From an uncultured Clostridiaceae bacterium (GTDB lineage Bacteria; Bacillota; Limnochordia; Darwinibacteriales; Darwinibacteriaceae), in contig CAZVDE010000004.1 in NCBI GenBank assembly GCA_964626065.1, positions 110 through 64,109 on the forward strand: DNA of 64,000 nt, read 5' to 3'. Positions 1 to 10,215 of the stretch are shown here, piece by piece (within the stretch, counting starts at the first letter, position 1; each line of letters begins with the position of its first letter). A program made the translations under genes and the position numbers. Below the pieces are notes generated by a model. The model searched no databases and was not told the DNA's origin. It saw nothing but the letters and a program-made list of their open reading frames with translations.

Positions 1-717
1 CGGTTCCTTTTCGGCTCCGGGCCGGATAACGGCAAACTCGCGACCTTCAATTTTGCTTTCAATCAGGCTAAGCATTTCCTCGCGCCGTTCATCACTGTAA
101 TGCTCCGGTTGGAAAGGTTCTGTGAGGCTGTCTATCAAAGAAATGGCCATCGTTAACTCTCTCTCGTCGATCGGACCCGGTACCGCAATATGCAAGCGAT
201 CGGCAGGCCGGATTTCATCGGGGTAAAAAATAGTCTCCAGCGCCAAGATGTTATGATAGATGCGGATTACGGCCAATGAAGATTTGGAACGAATGGTGAT
301 CCGAGCTACCGCAATCCGCCCTGAAGAAGATAGCGCCTCCTTTAAGAGCACGTACGCCTTACCCCCGGTTTCAGACGGTTCTAAGTAGTACGTCTTATTG
401 AAATAGACGGGATCGATTTCATGCAAATCAACAAAACGCAGAATGTCTACTGTGCCGGTTGATCTTTGACTGAAACTCTCCAGTTCTTCATCGCTGAACA
501 CCACATAGCGGCCTTTTTCATATTCATAACCTCGCACTATCTCCTCTGTCTCCACGCTCCGTTCGCAACGGGGGCACACTTTATCGTATTTAATGGGAGT
601 GTGGCACAGACTGTGCAGCTGGTTAAAGCGTACCTGTTTTTCCTGAGTTGCAGTATACATTTTCACCGGGATGTTGACTAGGCCGAATGAAATTGATCCT
701 TTCCACATGCTGCGCAT
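1..717 (-). CDS. ku: Ku protein (NHEJ DNA-end-binding), C-terminal part cut off by the window start
   Basis: Reverse-strand translation from the ATG at 715-717 reads MRSMWKGSISFGLVNIPVK..., the canonical Ku N-terminus. An AAGGAGGA RBS lies 6 nt upstream. The ORF runs off the window edge, so it is absent from the ORF track; the listed 466..681 + ORF lies antisense inside it. Confidence 0.8.
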   Translation of the reverse strand, partial: MRSMWKGSISFGLVNIPVKMYTATQEKQVRFNQLHSLCHTPIKYDKVCPRCERSVETEEIVRGYEYEKGRYVVFSDEELESFSQRSTGTVDILRFVDLHEIDPVYFNKTYYLEPSETGGKAYVLLKEALSSSGRIAVARITIRSKSSLAVIRIYHNILALETIFYPDEIRPADRLHIAVPGPIDERELTMAISLIDSLTEPFQPEHYSDERREEMLSLIESKIEGREFAVIRPGAEKEP

Positions 718-850
718 CGTAAGTCCTCCTTAGCGCTTAGTCTATCCCGAAAAACGGGCTTGCAAATCTTTCAAAATGTGGTATCCTAGGAGGGAAAGTT
801 CAAAGCGCGGCTGCTTTGGCAACTAGATGACTAAGATTGGAGAGAAGTAA

Positions 851-1453
851 ATGTCACGTTACACAGGCCCAACGTGGAAAATCAGCAGACGTTTGGGGTT
901 TTCTTTAAGTGAAACGGGGAAGGAACTGCGTAAGCGCCCCTATCCCCCCGGGCAGCACGGCCAGGGCCGCCGCAGCAAGCAGAGCAACTATGGATTGCAG
1001 CTGCAGGAAAAACAGAAATTGCGCTTTCTTTACGGTTTAAGCGAAAGGCAGTTTAGAAACCAGTTTGACAAGGCGGCGAAAATGCCCGGTATCACCGGCG
1101 AGAATTTTATGATTCTGCTCGAGTCCCGTTTGGACAATTTAGTTTACCGCCTGGGATTTGCCCGTACAAGAGCGGGAGCCCGGCAGCTGGTCAACCACGG
1201 CCATATCACGGTCAACGGCAGAAAAGTTGATATTCCCAGTTATGAAGTTAGTGTCAATGATACCATCGGGTTGCGCGAGAAGAGCCGCAGCTTGGTCGTA
1301 ATAGAAGAAGCGTTGGAGGTTCGCCCCAATCTTCCCGAATATCTCAGCTTTGATGAGAATACAAGGTCAGGCCAGTATCTGCGCCTACCCCGCCGGGAAG
1401 AACTGAACCTGGACATTAACGAAGCAGAAATCGTAGAACTTTACTCAAGATAA
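851..1453 (+). CDS. rpsD: 30S ribosomal protein S4
   Basis: 200 aa beginning [16 protein letters not shown]... with an S4 domain ([30 protein letters not shown]). Full-length match to the bS4 family. Confidence 0.95.
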   Translation: MSRYTGPTWKISRRLGFSLSETGKELRKRPYPPGQHGQGRRSKQSNYGLQLQEKQKLRFLYGLSERQFRNQFDKAAKMPGITGENFMILLESRLDNLVYRLGFARTRAGARQLVNHGHITVNGRKVDIPSYEVSVNDTIGLREKSRSLVVIEEALEVRPNLPEYLSFDENTRSGQYLRLPRREELNLDINEAEIVELYSR

Positions 1454-1463
1454 GAACATGGAG

Positions 1464-1492
1464 GGCCCGGAGAACATCCGGGCCCTTTTAAA
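1464..1492 (+). terminator. rho-independent terminator after rpsD
   Basis: GC hairpin GGGCCCGG-agaacat-CCGGGCCC followed by TTTTA, 10 nt after the rpsD stop. Confidence 0.6.
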
Positions 1493-1494
1493 AG

Positions 1495-1524
1495 CCAAAA
1501 AACGGCGGGAAGCCGTTTTTTTAT
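1495..1524. terminator. bidirectional terminator hairpin
   Basis: AAAAAACGGC-GGGAA-GCCGTTTTTTT: an A-run, a 6-bp stem and a T-run. It could terminate rpsD read-through and the convergent minus-strand small ORF. Confidence 0.5.
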
Positions 1525-1531
1525 GCCTTAC

Positions 1532-1672
1532 TTATTTACCGCAGGCTTTGCACACCTTGAGGTCACCTTTTTCCCAAAGCAGTTTTACGCCTGTTTTGCC
1601 ACACGAAGGGCAGGTTCCTCTCCAGCCCGGGGCCTTAATGTTCTTCCCTCTTTTAGCTTTAGCCACGAATAA
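1532..1672 (-). CDS. small C4 zinc-ribbon protein (about 46 aa), function unknown
   Basis: The ORF ends ...GTCPSCGKTGVKLLWEKGDLKVCKACGK with two CxxC pairs. A GTG start sits behind a GGGGGG RBS. A terminator lies downstream and the tRNA-Cys upstream. The track ORF 1532..1765 over-extends into the tRNA. Confidence 0.4.
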   Translation of the reverse strand, partial: LFVAKAKRGKNIKAPGWRGTCPSCGKTGVKLLWEKGDLKVCKACGK

Positions 1673-1705
1673 CCCCCCCATCGCTGAACTTAGTACATAA
1701 AAAAA

Positions 1706-1779
1706 TGGAGGCGGCACCCAGATTTGAACTGGGGATAGAGCTTTTGCAGAGCTCTGCCTTACCACTTGGCTATGCCGCC
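1706..1779 (-). tRNA. tRNA-Cys (anticodon GCA)
   Basis: The reverse complement gives GGCGGCAUAGCCAAGUGGUAAGGCAGAGCUCUGCAAAAGCUCUAUCCCCAGUUCAAAUCUGGGUGCCGCCUCCA. It folds into a 7-bp acceptor stem, D arm, anticodon stem/loop CUGCAAA (GCA), T arm GTTCAAATC and a 3' CCA. Confidence 0.85.
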
Positions 1780-1907
1780 GTAAGCATCTAAAATGTTACC
1801 ATCTTTACCCGCCTCTGTCAAGCGCATCTTAAGCCCTTCGCACATGGCTGCACAACTTTTGCCTGCGCGCCATATCATAGACTGAATCGCAGGAAGGGGC
1901 TGGTCTT

Positions 1908-2531
1908 ATGGTAGTGTTGTCCGTCATTTTTCTCGCTGTGGCAGTAAGCTTCGATGCTTTAGCCATTGGCATTACCTACGGCATGAATCGCATTACGATT
2001 GCACTTTGGCCGAAGGTCATACTCAGTCTTGTTTCGGGCTTTTCCGTTTTTCTGGCAATGTTCCTGGGCCAGCTGTTGAGCCGCTTTTTGACCGCTGAAT
2101 TCACAGCGGTGGTCGGCGGTTTGATTTTTATCGTTCTTGGCCTTTACAACCTATGGCGCAGCTACCGCACCAGCGAAGAGGGCCGGGTGCTGCTTAACTG
2201 GCGCATACCAATTTTGGGCTTAATCATCCAAGTTTTTCAGGAACCCCTGGCGGCAGATAGCGATCAATCTAAAGATATTAGTGGCGTTGAAGCAATCATC
2301 TTAGGTGGAGCCCTCGCTTTAGACGCCGTGGCTGCAGGAATTGCAGCCGCCCTCTTACAGCTGCCCCCTTTCCCCACAACACTATCGGTTATGGCGGCCA
2401 GCTTCTTGTTCATCACCCAGGGGCTTAAAACGGGCAGAAGACTTTCATCCATATCTCAAACACAGCGCGATCTGCGTTGGGTTCCCGGTCTAATTATTAT
2501 CCTGATCGGCATTGCAAAATTTTTCTTTTAA
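1908..2531 (+). CDS. ytaF: sporulation membrane protein YtaF (MntP/DUF204-type manganese efflux pump family)
   Basis: 207 aa with two repeated halves of TM helices. The N-terminus MVVLSVIFLAVAVSFDALAIGITYG matches the YtaF/MntP family. Confidence 0.75.
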   Translation: MVVLSVIFLAVAVSFDALAIGITYGMNRITIALWPKVILSLVSGFSVFLAMFLGQLLSRFLTAEFTAVVGGLIFIVLGLYNLWRSYRTSEEGRVLLNWRIPILGLIIQVFQEPLAADSDQSKDISGVEAIILGGALALDAVAAGIAAALLQLPPFPTTLSVMAASFLFITQGLKTGRRLSSISQTQRDLRWVPGLIIILIGIAKFFF

Positions 2532-2766
2532 AGATGTATAATTAACAGCTTTCGGCACACACTACGCCTAAGGGTGTACCCATTTGTTTAATGGGCCTCG
2601 AAGAATCGAATCAAACGTGAACCGGGTAAAGTCAAAATATGAGGCGGTAAAAGGACACCCGCCGATTCTTCTTGGCAAAAGACAAAGAACACACATCAAC
2701 TGTGCCAGTATTTCCGAAACATTAGACGAATACCTGCCCCATTATTTTACCCGGTTTACGCAAATA

Positions 2767-2790
2767 AGAGGAGCCTTCGAAGGCTCCTCT
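2767..2790. terminator. bidirectional terminator between convergent ytaF and pyrP
   Basis: A perfect 10-bp hairpin AGAGGAGCCT-TCGA-AGGCTCCTCT lies between the two convergent gene ends. Confidence 0.6.
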
Positions 2791-2811
2791 TCGCTTTCCT
2801 ATTTCCGCCAC

Positions 2812-4071
2812 CTACGCTTGTTCTTTAAGAACTTTAGGTTTACCATTTTTGGGTAAGACCAAATTAAGCATAATGCCCACAATGGTGGCTAAGGGCATAC
2901 CCGGTAATGTAACCGGGCCTAGGCCCAGCTCCGCGCCGCCGATACCCAAGACCAGAATCACGGACGAGATAACCAGGTTGCGCTTGTCCCCAAAGTCGAT
3001 GCCACTATCCACTAAGGTTCTAATTCCCGATGCAGCGATTACCCCAAAAAGGACGATGCACACGCCGCCCATAACGGGATCGGGTATGGTGCGGACCAAA
3101 GCTCCCATTTTTTGCACAAACGACATGGCGATTGCTAAAGTGGCCGCGGTAGCCACGACCGAGACATTGAAAATTCCGGTAATGGCTAAAACCCCCACGT
3201 TTTCGCCATAGGTTGTATTCGGTGGGCCGCCAATCAAGCCCGCTAAAGAAGTGGCCAAGCCATCACCTAAAAGCGTGCGATGAAGCCCCGGTTCCCGATA
3301 GAAATCTTTTCCGGTAATTTTGCTGAGTACACCAACATCGCCTAAGTGTTCAGCAATGGTTACCAACGCCACCGGTAGCATCGTAAAGACCGCGGCAGTA
3401 TTAAACTTGGGTAAAGCAAAGTTGGGCAAGCCAAACCACGCCGCTTCCTTAACGATGGTGAAATCAACTATTCCCCGTGTTACCGCGAATAGGTACCCGG
3501 AGATTACACCGATTAAGATGGGCACAACCGCAAAGAACCCCTTAAAGAACATGGTGCCGATCACCGTCACCGCCAACGTAAATAGGGCTACCTGCACATT
3601 GGCATCTGCCAGCGAACTTCCTTCCACGAGGCCCGCCAGATTTTGCACCGCATGAGAAGCTAAACCCAGACCAATAACCATAATCACCGAACCGATCACA
3701 ACCGGTGGTAACAGCCGGTCAATCCAATCCAGGCCGATTTTTGCGATAATCAAGGCGATCACTACGTAAACAAGGCCGGCGATAACGGCGCCACCCAAAG
3801 CATAGGGCAGCCCAAAATCCCTAGAAAGCAGCACAATAGGGGTAATAAATGCGAACGATGAGCCGAGGTATGCGGGAACCTGTTTTTTAGTGAGCAGAAT
3901 AAAAAGTAAAGTACCGATTCCGGACGTAAAAAAGGCCACGGACGGATCCAACCCGGTCAGTAGAGGTACTAACACGGTGGCCCCGAACATGGCAAAGACA
4001 TGTTGGAAACCAAGCGCTAAATTTTGGCCCATATTCAGTTGTTTTTCACTGCTACCTGTTTGCAAATTCAT
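2812..4071 (-). CDS. pyrP: uracil permease (NCS2 family)
   Basis: 419 aa, 12-TM xanthine/uracil permease signature, immediately downstream of pyrR as in the Bacillus pyr operon. Confidence 0.9.
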   Translation of the reverse strand: MNLQTGSSEKQLNMGQNLALGFQHVFAMFGATVLVPLLTGLDPSVAFFTSGIGTLLFILLTKKQVPAYLGSSFAFITPIVLLSRDFGLPYALGGAVIAGLVYVVIALIIAKIGLDWIDRLLPPVVIGSVIMVIGLGLASHAVQNLAGLVEGSSLADANVQVALFTLAVTVIGTMFFKGFFAVVPILIGVISGYLFAVTRGIVDFTIVKEAAWFGLPNFALPKFNTAAVFTMLPVALVTIAEHLGDVGVLSKITGKDFYREPGLHRTLLGDGLATSLAGLIGGPPNTTYGENVGVLAITGIFNVSVVATAATLAIAMSFVQKMGALVRTIPDPVMGGVCIVLFGVIAASGIRTLVDSGIDFGDKRNLVISSVILVLGIGGAELGLGPVTLPGMPLATIVGIMLNLVLPKNGKPKVLKEQA

Positions 4072-4106
4072 TAATCTTCCTCCTTTTGAAGTCTCTCGGG
4101 ACTCGT

Positions 4107-4775
<669 letters not shown>

Positions 4776-4803
4776 TGTAGATTACACCATAATCCGCCCA
4801 TTG

Positions 4804-5733
4804 TCAATTGATCCTTTCCGCTTTCCGGACGAATTTTTGAAATTCCGCGTCCGGCTCCGCGGCAAATTCCACGATTTCTCCCCGAGGATGGCGAAATGCC
4901 AAATAATTGGCGAACAGCACCTGGCTTGTTGCCCCCAAATTGTTGCTTCGAAACCCATACAGCGGATCGCCCACCACCGGATGATGAATACTGGCCAGAT
5001 GGACCCGGATCTGGTGCGTACGCCCCGTCACCAGGCGGCATGACAGAAGAGTATGCCGCTCAAAAAGCTTTATCACCCGGAACAATGTTTGCGCCTGACG
5101 GCCGTTTTCAATCACCGCCATTTTTTTGCGGTTTACCGGGTGCCGGCCGATTGGCCGTTTAATAGCCCCTTCCGGCCGCGTCACAACCCCCTGCACCAGA
5201 GTCACATAGTGCCGCTGCACCTGTCTTTGTTTCAGCTGTCGACTTAAATACGAATAGGTTTTGTCCGTTTTGGCCACAACCATTAAGCCGCTCGTTTCTT
5301 TGTCTAAGCGATGAACGATGCCGGGACGATATGCACCGCTGCCCGCGGCTAATCTATCCAGGTGAAAAAGAAGTGCATTGACCAGGGTGCCGTCCCAATT
5401 GCCGGGGCCGGGGTGTACCACCAGGCCTTTGGGCTTGTTGATAATCGCCAATTCTTCATCCTGGTAGATAATCTGCAGGGGTATTGCTTCTGGCTCAAGC
5501 GACGGACAGTCCCGTTGGGGGCGGGCCGCTTCAATTTCATCCCCCGCCTGCAATCTATAGCCCGCCTTACAGCGTTTACCGTTTACTAGGACTTGGCCCT
5601 GATCAATCAAACGTTTGACCTGGGAACGGGTCAGCCCCATTTGTTCGCTCAGCCAGATATCCAGTCTGGCCGCTTCCGCCCCCGCAGCGGTAAATTTATG
5701 CAGTTCAATGGGCGCCGCGGTCACGGATGACAA
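4804..5733 (-). CDS. rluD: 23S rRNA pseudouridine synthase, RluD/RluA family
   Basis: 309 aa with an S4 domain and the catalytic motif HRLDKETSGLMVVAKT. It lies downstream of lspA as in B. subtilis ylyB. Confidence 0.9.
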   Translation of the reverse strand: MSSVTAAPIELHKFTAAGAEAARLDIWLSEQMGLTRSQVKRLIDQGQVLVNGKRCKAGYRLQAGDEIEAARPQRDCPSLEPEAIPLQIIYQDEELAIINKPKGLVVHPGPGNWDGTLVNALLFHLDRLAAGSGAYRPGIVHRLDKETSGLMVVAKTDKTYSYLSRQLKQRQVQRHYVTLVQGVVTRPEGAIKRPIGRHPVNRKKMAVIENGRQAQTLFRVIKLFERHTLLSCRLVTGRTHQIRVHLASIHHPVVGDPLYGFRSNNLGATSQVLFANYLAFRHPRGEIVEFAAEPDAEFQKFVRKAERIN

Positions 5734-6169
5734 CCTCCCAGATTAAAAGGGCCACGCCCAGGACAATGGCCGCATCGGCAACATTAAAAATTGGTGGGAA
5801 AAAATGAACATCAATGAAATCAATCACTGCCCCCCAGCGCAGGCGATCGATTAAATTACCCACAGCACCGACCAGGCTGATAATCACACCCCAACGCACA
5901 GCGGCGCTTTTAGCCATAATTTTTTTCCACTGCGTAAAAATGAATAATAAACACAGTACGGCTACTGCTGACAAAAACACTACCCGCCCTTGAAAAAAAC
6001 CAAACGCCGCCCCCTTATTGCGAACGTAGGTTATGTACAGGATTGGGGCCAGTACAGGGATGCTCTCCCCTTCCGCCATTTTGCTCATTACTAAAAACTT
6101 AGAAAGACGGTCCAAAGCTAATATTAGGCCTGCCGTAACAAAATATGTCAAAAACTTGGCTCCTTCCAA
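5705..6169 (-). CDS. lspA: lipoprotein signal peptidase II
   Basis: 154 aa, 4 TM, with the conserved NxGAAFG and FNVAD motifs. Confidence 0.9.
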   Translation of the reverse strand: MEGAKFLTYFVTAGLILALDRLSKFLVMSKMAEGESIPVLAPILYITYVRNKGAAFGFFQGRVVFLSAVAVLCLLFIFTQWKKIMAKSAAVRWGVIISLVGAVGNLIDRLRWGAVIDFIDVHFFPPIFNVADAAIVLGVALLIWEVVIRDRGAH

Positions 6170-6217
6170 CAGTTTATGGATAGATCATTCTGCGTTAGGA
6201 AGGATTTCCCTGCCCGC

Positions 6218-6739
6218 CTAATCCGCACCATCATCGCTGGAGGTACCGTAACGTTCAACCGCTTCCCAAGAGTCCTCACCATCAAAAATTACGCTATCTG
6301 TTTCGTCCGTGAAAGTGCGGCCGAAGGGCGGATAAAGCAGCTCTTCTTCCACCGGCCGGCTGCTGAGGTCCCGATCCTCCTCGTTTCTTTTACACCGCAA
6401 ACACAACAGAGTACGGGGCATGGCCGCAAGCCGGCCGGCGGAGATAGAACGGCCACAAACGCGGCAGTAACCATAACTGCCTGCTTGTATGGCTGCCAGC
6501 GCATCATCAATTTCTGCGATCTGTTCTCTCGTAACCTGCAGCAGGCCAAAATCCTTGCTGCGCTCATACAACTGAGATCCGGAATCACCGGGGTGATTGT
6601 CATAAGCGGAAAGCTCGGTGAACGCGTCTTTCATCGGCATGCCCAGGCCCCGCTCCACCAAGCCCGCCTCTACTTGCAGCAGCTCTTTTTTTTCCTCAGT
6701 TAACCTCTCGTTCAATTCATGCAGTTGTTTTTCTCGCAT
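6218..6739 (-). CDS. ylyA: DksA/TraR-family C4 zinc-finger protein (YlyA-like sporulation regulator)
   Basis: An N-terminal coiled coil, then CRVCGRSI...CLRCKRN (C4 DksA zinc finger). The position upstream of lspA matches B. subtilis ylyA. Confidence 0.75.
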   Translation of the reverse strand: MREKQLHELNERLTEEKKELLQVEAGLVERGLGMPMKDAFTELSAYDNHPGDSGSQLYERSKDFGLLQVTREQIAEIDDALAAIQAGSYGYCRVCGRSISAGRLAAMPRTLLCLRCKRNEEDRDLSSRPVEEELLYPPFGRTFTDETDSVIFDGEDSWEAVERYGTSSDDGAD

Positions 6740-6753
6740 CTTTATTAATCCCC

Positions 6754-7095
6754 CTACGGCCTGCGAGCCAATTCATGTTGGACTATGCGGGTGATCTCGG
6801 CGATGAATTCACCGACAATGGGTAAATTCAAGGAGGCAATTTTGCCCAAACTGTACAAAAAGAAGGCTCCCACTACCGTAAAACCAATGGCTAAACCAAA
6901 ACCCCTGGCGATTCCCGCCAAGAAATTGAGGTACAAAAGCCTTTTAGGGTTGCGCCATAATTGGATGTATTCCGCGATGCTCGCTTTTTCCAAGGCCAGG
7001 TTTAGTTCTTCAACTTTCGTTATCAGCGCCTGCAGCAACCCGGAACCTACTTTTCCCGCCATATACACCACCCTTTCCCCCCTTAGAGTATGCAA
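6754..7095 (-). CDS. small membrane protein of unknown function
   Basis: 113 aa with two predicted TM helices (LYLNFLAGIARGFGLAIGFTVVGAFFLY). The frame is clean and codon usage is coherent. No family recognised by eye. Confidence 0.5.
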   Translation of the reverse strand: MHTLRGERVVYMAGKVGSGLLQALITKVEELNLALEKASIAEYIQLWRNPKRLLYLNFLAGIARGFGLAIGFTVVGAFFLYSLGKIASLNLPIVGEFIAEITRIVQHELARRP

Positions 7096-7135
7096 AACCC
7101 CCCATCGTATGCGTTACCGATGGGGGGTTGATTTT
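7094..7135 (-). terminator. rho-independent terminator after ileS
   Basis: CCCCCCATCG-loop-CGATGGGGGG hairpin followed by UUUUG on the minus strand, 8 nt past the ileS stop. Confidence 0.6.
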
Positions 7136-7142
7136 GTCGAGG

Positions 7143-9917
7143 CTAGATCGCATCCATACAGCGGCGGCAGATCCGGGGATGCTCAGGATCACCGCTCATT
7201 TCGGCAAAGTATTTCCAACAGCGTTCGCATTTCTCCCCTTCTGCCCTGCAAACATCAACCGAGATGCCTGCTTCGCTGTATAAAGCGCCCTCGCTGCCGG
7301 CCGGGCTTTTGATCTCCACAGCGGAAACGATGAGCAGCATACGAATATCGTCCGCGAAACTTTCTAACAGCTGTTTCTGGCGCCGTTCGGCATGAATGAC
7401 GACCCGGGCTTCATTAGAAGCACCAATCACCTTATCGCTGCGGGCCAGTTCCAAAGCCTTAGAGATAATCCTGCGGATTTCCAAGAACTCCTCCCAGCGG
7501 CGGTCCAGTTCCCCATTGATGAATTCCGCGGGCAGCTGTTCCCACAGACTGAAGTGGACGCTCTTTTCTTTCCGTACCGCTGCGGGCAGATGCTGCCAAA
7601 TCTCCTCCGCAGTAAACACTAAGATGGGCGCGATCAGCTGTGTCAGCTCCTTTAAAATAATCAGGAATGCGGTCTGCGCCGAGCGCCGTTCCCTGCTATC
7701 GGCCCGATCGCAGTAAAGCCTGTCTTTTAAGACATCAAGATAAAACGCCCCCAGGTCCACCGCGCAGAATTGGTGAACTGCATAATAGGCCAGATGAAAA
7801 TCGTATTTTTCATAGGCGCGGCGCATTCTATCACTAACCTTAGCCAGCTGCATCAAGGCCCAGCGATCCAATTCTTCCATTTCCCCATAAGGCACACTGT
7901 GCTCTTCCGGTTTAAAGTCATGTATATTACCCAGCATAAAACGGGCAGTGTTGCGGATTCTACGGTATGCCTCAGCCAGTTGTTTAAGAATATCGTTGGA
8001 GATCCGCACATCTCCCCGGAATTCCGCCGATGCAACCCACAGCCGCAGCACATCGGCGCCGTATTGTTCCCATACTTCCTCAGGGCCCACCACATTACCC
8101 ACCGACTTGGACATTTTTTTACCCTCGCCATCCACAACCATGCCGTGGGTTAAAACGGACCGGTAAGGCGCCTTCCCTGTCGTGGCCACAGAGGTGGAAA
8201 GAGATGATTGGAACCAACCCCTGTGCTGATCGCTCCCCTCCAGATAAAGGTCCGCGGGCCAAGCCAGTTCCGCATGTGTCGTCAGCACCGCGCGGTGCGA
8301 AACGCCCGAATCAAACCAAACATCCATCGTATCCTCGTCCTTACGGAAAGCAGTGCTGCCGCATGCGGGGCAGCGGTAGTCGTGCGGCAAAAAGTCCGCC
8401 GCCGGCCGAGTAAACCAGGCGTTCGCACCCTCTGCGCGAAAGATCTGGGCGATATGGTTAATGTTTGTTTGAGAAATCACCGCTTCGCCGCATTCACAGT
8501 ATAAAACGGGGATGGGCACACCCCAAATGCGCTGGCGAGAAATACACCAATCGCCCCGTTCCGCCACCATGCCCCGAATCCGTTCCTCGCCCCAGGCCGG
8601 AATCCATTCTACCCGTTCGATTTCTTGGAGCATTTCTGCCCGGAAATTATCAATGGAAATAAACCACTGTTCCGTGGAACGATAGACAATGGGTTCTTTG
8701 CACCTCCAGCAGTGGGGGTAAGAGTGCTCTACGAAATCTAATTTGAGCAGAAATCCGCCCTCTTCCAAATCTTCCGTAACTTTCTTGTTCCCCTCATCAA
8801 GTGTCAAACCGCTGTATGGGCCCGCCTCCTCTGTAAACCGGCCCAAGCCGTCTACGGGAGATAGGATGGGCAGGCCGTATTCCAGGCCCACAATATAGTC
8901 CTCATGGCCGTGGCCGGGGGCAGTATGGACACAGCCCGTACCGGCTTCGAGTGTAACGTGACCGCCTAAAATGACAAGGGAATCGCGGTCAAATAGGGGA
9001 TGCTCGCAAACGAGCCCTTCCAATTCGGCACCTTTGTATTCGCCCAACAATTCCAGGGCAGTAAGGCCCAATTCTTCCAAAACACTTTCCGCCAGCTCTT
9101 TAGCCAACACCAGATTACCTTTTTCCGTTTTGACAAGAATATAATCAAAATGAGGATGGAGCGCGATGGCTAGATTGGCCGGAATAGTCCAGGGTGTGGT
9201 GGTCCAGATCACAAAATAGGTATCTTTTTCTGTCAAAACGCCCTTGCCGTCCTTGAGGGCAAAACGCACATAAATGCTGGGCGAGCGAGACTCGCCATAC
9301 TCAATTTCTGCCTCGGCCAGCGCCGTCTGGCAGTCCGCACACCAGTAAACGGGCCTAAGGGCCTTATAAACGTAACCCTTCTCCACCATTTCGCCGAACG
9401 CTTCAATCTGCATCGCTTCATAGTCGTGCTTCAAAGTTAAATAGGGATCGCCCCAAGCGCCCCAAACTCCAAGCCTTTGGAATTGGGATCTTTGCATATC
9501 CACCTGTTCCAAGGCATATTTAGCGCATTCTTCGCGAAATTCGGCCTCGGACAATTCGGCCCTGCGTTTGCCCAGGGCTCTCACCACATGCAGCTCAATG
9601 GGCAGCCCATGTGTATCCCAGCCCGGAACGTAAGGCGTCTGATATCCGGCAAGCGACTTGGAACGCAGGACAAAATCCTTTAGAATTTTGTTTAATGCTG
9701 TGCCGATATGAATGTTACCGTTGGCATAAGGAGGCCCGTCATGCAGCACGAACAGTGGACGTTTCTGCTTGCGGCCCAATTCGCGCAGCCTCTCGTATGC
9801 CTGTTCCTTTTGCCATTTAGCGAGCATCTGCGGCTCCCTTTTGGGCAAATTGCCCCGCATGGGGAAATCTGTGACAGGCAGCTGTAGTGTTTTTTGATAG
9901 ACAGAACCCTTTTCCAA
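7143..9917 (-). CDS. ileS: isoleucine--tRNA ligase
   Basis: HIGH-type motif ([16 protein letters not shown]), KMSKS (KKMSKSVGN), and a C-terminal zinc motif CERCWKY...CRRC. The N-terminus aligns to B. subtilis IleS from ...[15 protein letters not shown]. The start is re-assigned to the TTG at 9917, behind a GAGGAG RBS with 9 nt spacing. The track ORF to 10118 runs through the T-box leader. Confidence 0.95.
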   Translation of the reverse strand: MEKGSVYQKTLQLPVTDFPMRGNLPKREPQMLAKWQKEQAYERLRELGRKQKRPLFVLHDGPPYANGNIHIGTALNKILKDFVLRSKSLAGYQTPYVPGWDTHGLPIELHVVRALGKRRAELSEAEFREECAKYALEQVDMQRSQFQRLGVWGAWGDPYLTLKHDYEAMQIEAFGEMVEKGYVYKALRPVYWCADCQTALAEAEIEYGESRSPSIYVRFALKDGKGVLTEKDTYFVIWTTTPWTIPANLAIALHPHFDYILVKTEKGNLVLAKELAESVLEELGLTALELLGEYKGAELEGLVCEHPLFDRDSLVILGGHVTLEAGTGCVHTAPGHGHEDYIVGLEYGLPILSPVDGLGRFTEEAGPYSGLTLDEGNKKVTEDLEEGGFLLKLDFVEHSYPHCWRCKEPIVYRSTEQWFISIDNFRAEMLQEIERVEWIPAWGEERIRGMVAERGDWCISRQRIWGVPIPVLYCECGEAVISQTNINHIAQIFRAEGANAWFTRPAADFLPHDYRCPACGSTAFRKDEDTMDVWFDSGVSHRAVLTTHAELAWPADLYLEGSDQHRGWFQSSLSTSVATTGKAPYRSVLTHGMVVDGEGKKMSKSVGNVVGPEEVWEQYGADVLRLWVASAEFRGDVRISNDILKQLAEAYRRIRNTARFMLGNIHDFKPEEHSVPYGEMEELDRWALMQLAKVSDRMRRAYEKYDFHLAYYAVHQFCAVDLGAFYLDVLKDRLYCDRADSRERRSAQTAFLIILKELTQLIAPILVFTAEEIWQHLPAAVRKEKSVHFSLWEQLPAEFINGELDRRWEEFLEIRRIISKALELARSDKVIGASNEARVVIHAERRQKQLLESFADDIRMLLIVSAVEIKSPAGSEGALYSEAGISVDVCRAEGEKCERCWKYFAEMSGDPEHPRICRRCMDAI

Positions 9918-9924
9918 GACTAAC

Positions 9925-10185
9925 AACTCCTCAGTTAAATTTACATAAAAAAATCGCCCCTGAAAGGGACGAGAAACCCGCGGTACCACCCTAGTTAAGA
10001 CTGCCAAAAGCAGCCCTCGCTTTTCGGTTGTAACGGAACCACCGGCCCGGCCTACTGCGATTTCGGCCTGCGACTCCGGGGCGATCTTCCCTTGATTGCT
10101 TCCGGGATCCGCTTTCACCTACTCGGATTCTCTGTGCCCGGTCCTAATGGGTACTGTCCCCTTCATCATCGTTCAATATTAACAT
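9925..10185 (-). promoter_or_regulatory. T-box riboswitch leader (Ile specifier) for ileS
   Basis: The minus-strand RNA contains the stem-I AGAGA and AGUA motifs and a specifier region with AUC (GCGGAUCCCGG). It also carries the T-box sequence AACUAGGGUGGUACCGCGGG, then the terminator CGUCCC-UUUCA-GGGGCG plus U7, directly before the RBS. Confidence 0.8.
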
Positions 10186-10186
10186 T

Positions 10187-10215
10187 ATTATATCCAAGCG
10201 CTATTCGGAAGTCAA
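10187..10215 (-). promoter_or_regulatory. sigma-A type promoter for the ileS T-box leader
   Basis: Minus strand TTGACT, a 17-nt spacer, then TATAAT. Both hexamers are perfect consensus. It overlaps the 3' end of divIVA. Confidence 0.6.

Noticed and set aside
466-681. 71-aa plus-strand ORF
   Set aside because: Antisense within the Ku coding region.
1458-1700. 80-aa plus-strand ORF after rpsD
   Set aside because: It spans two terminator hairpins and the antisense of the small zinc-ribbon ORF. There is no RBS.
2584-2856. 90-aa ORF in the ytaF-pyrP intergenic region
   Set aside because: It runs through the bidirectional terminator into the pyrP 3' end. Weak start context.
7392-8662. Cluster of 65-127 aa ORFs on the plus strand
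   Set aside because: They all lie antisense inside ileS. Their composition is Pro/Arg-rich and typical of GC-rich antisense frames.
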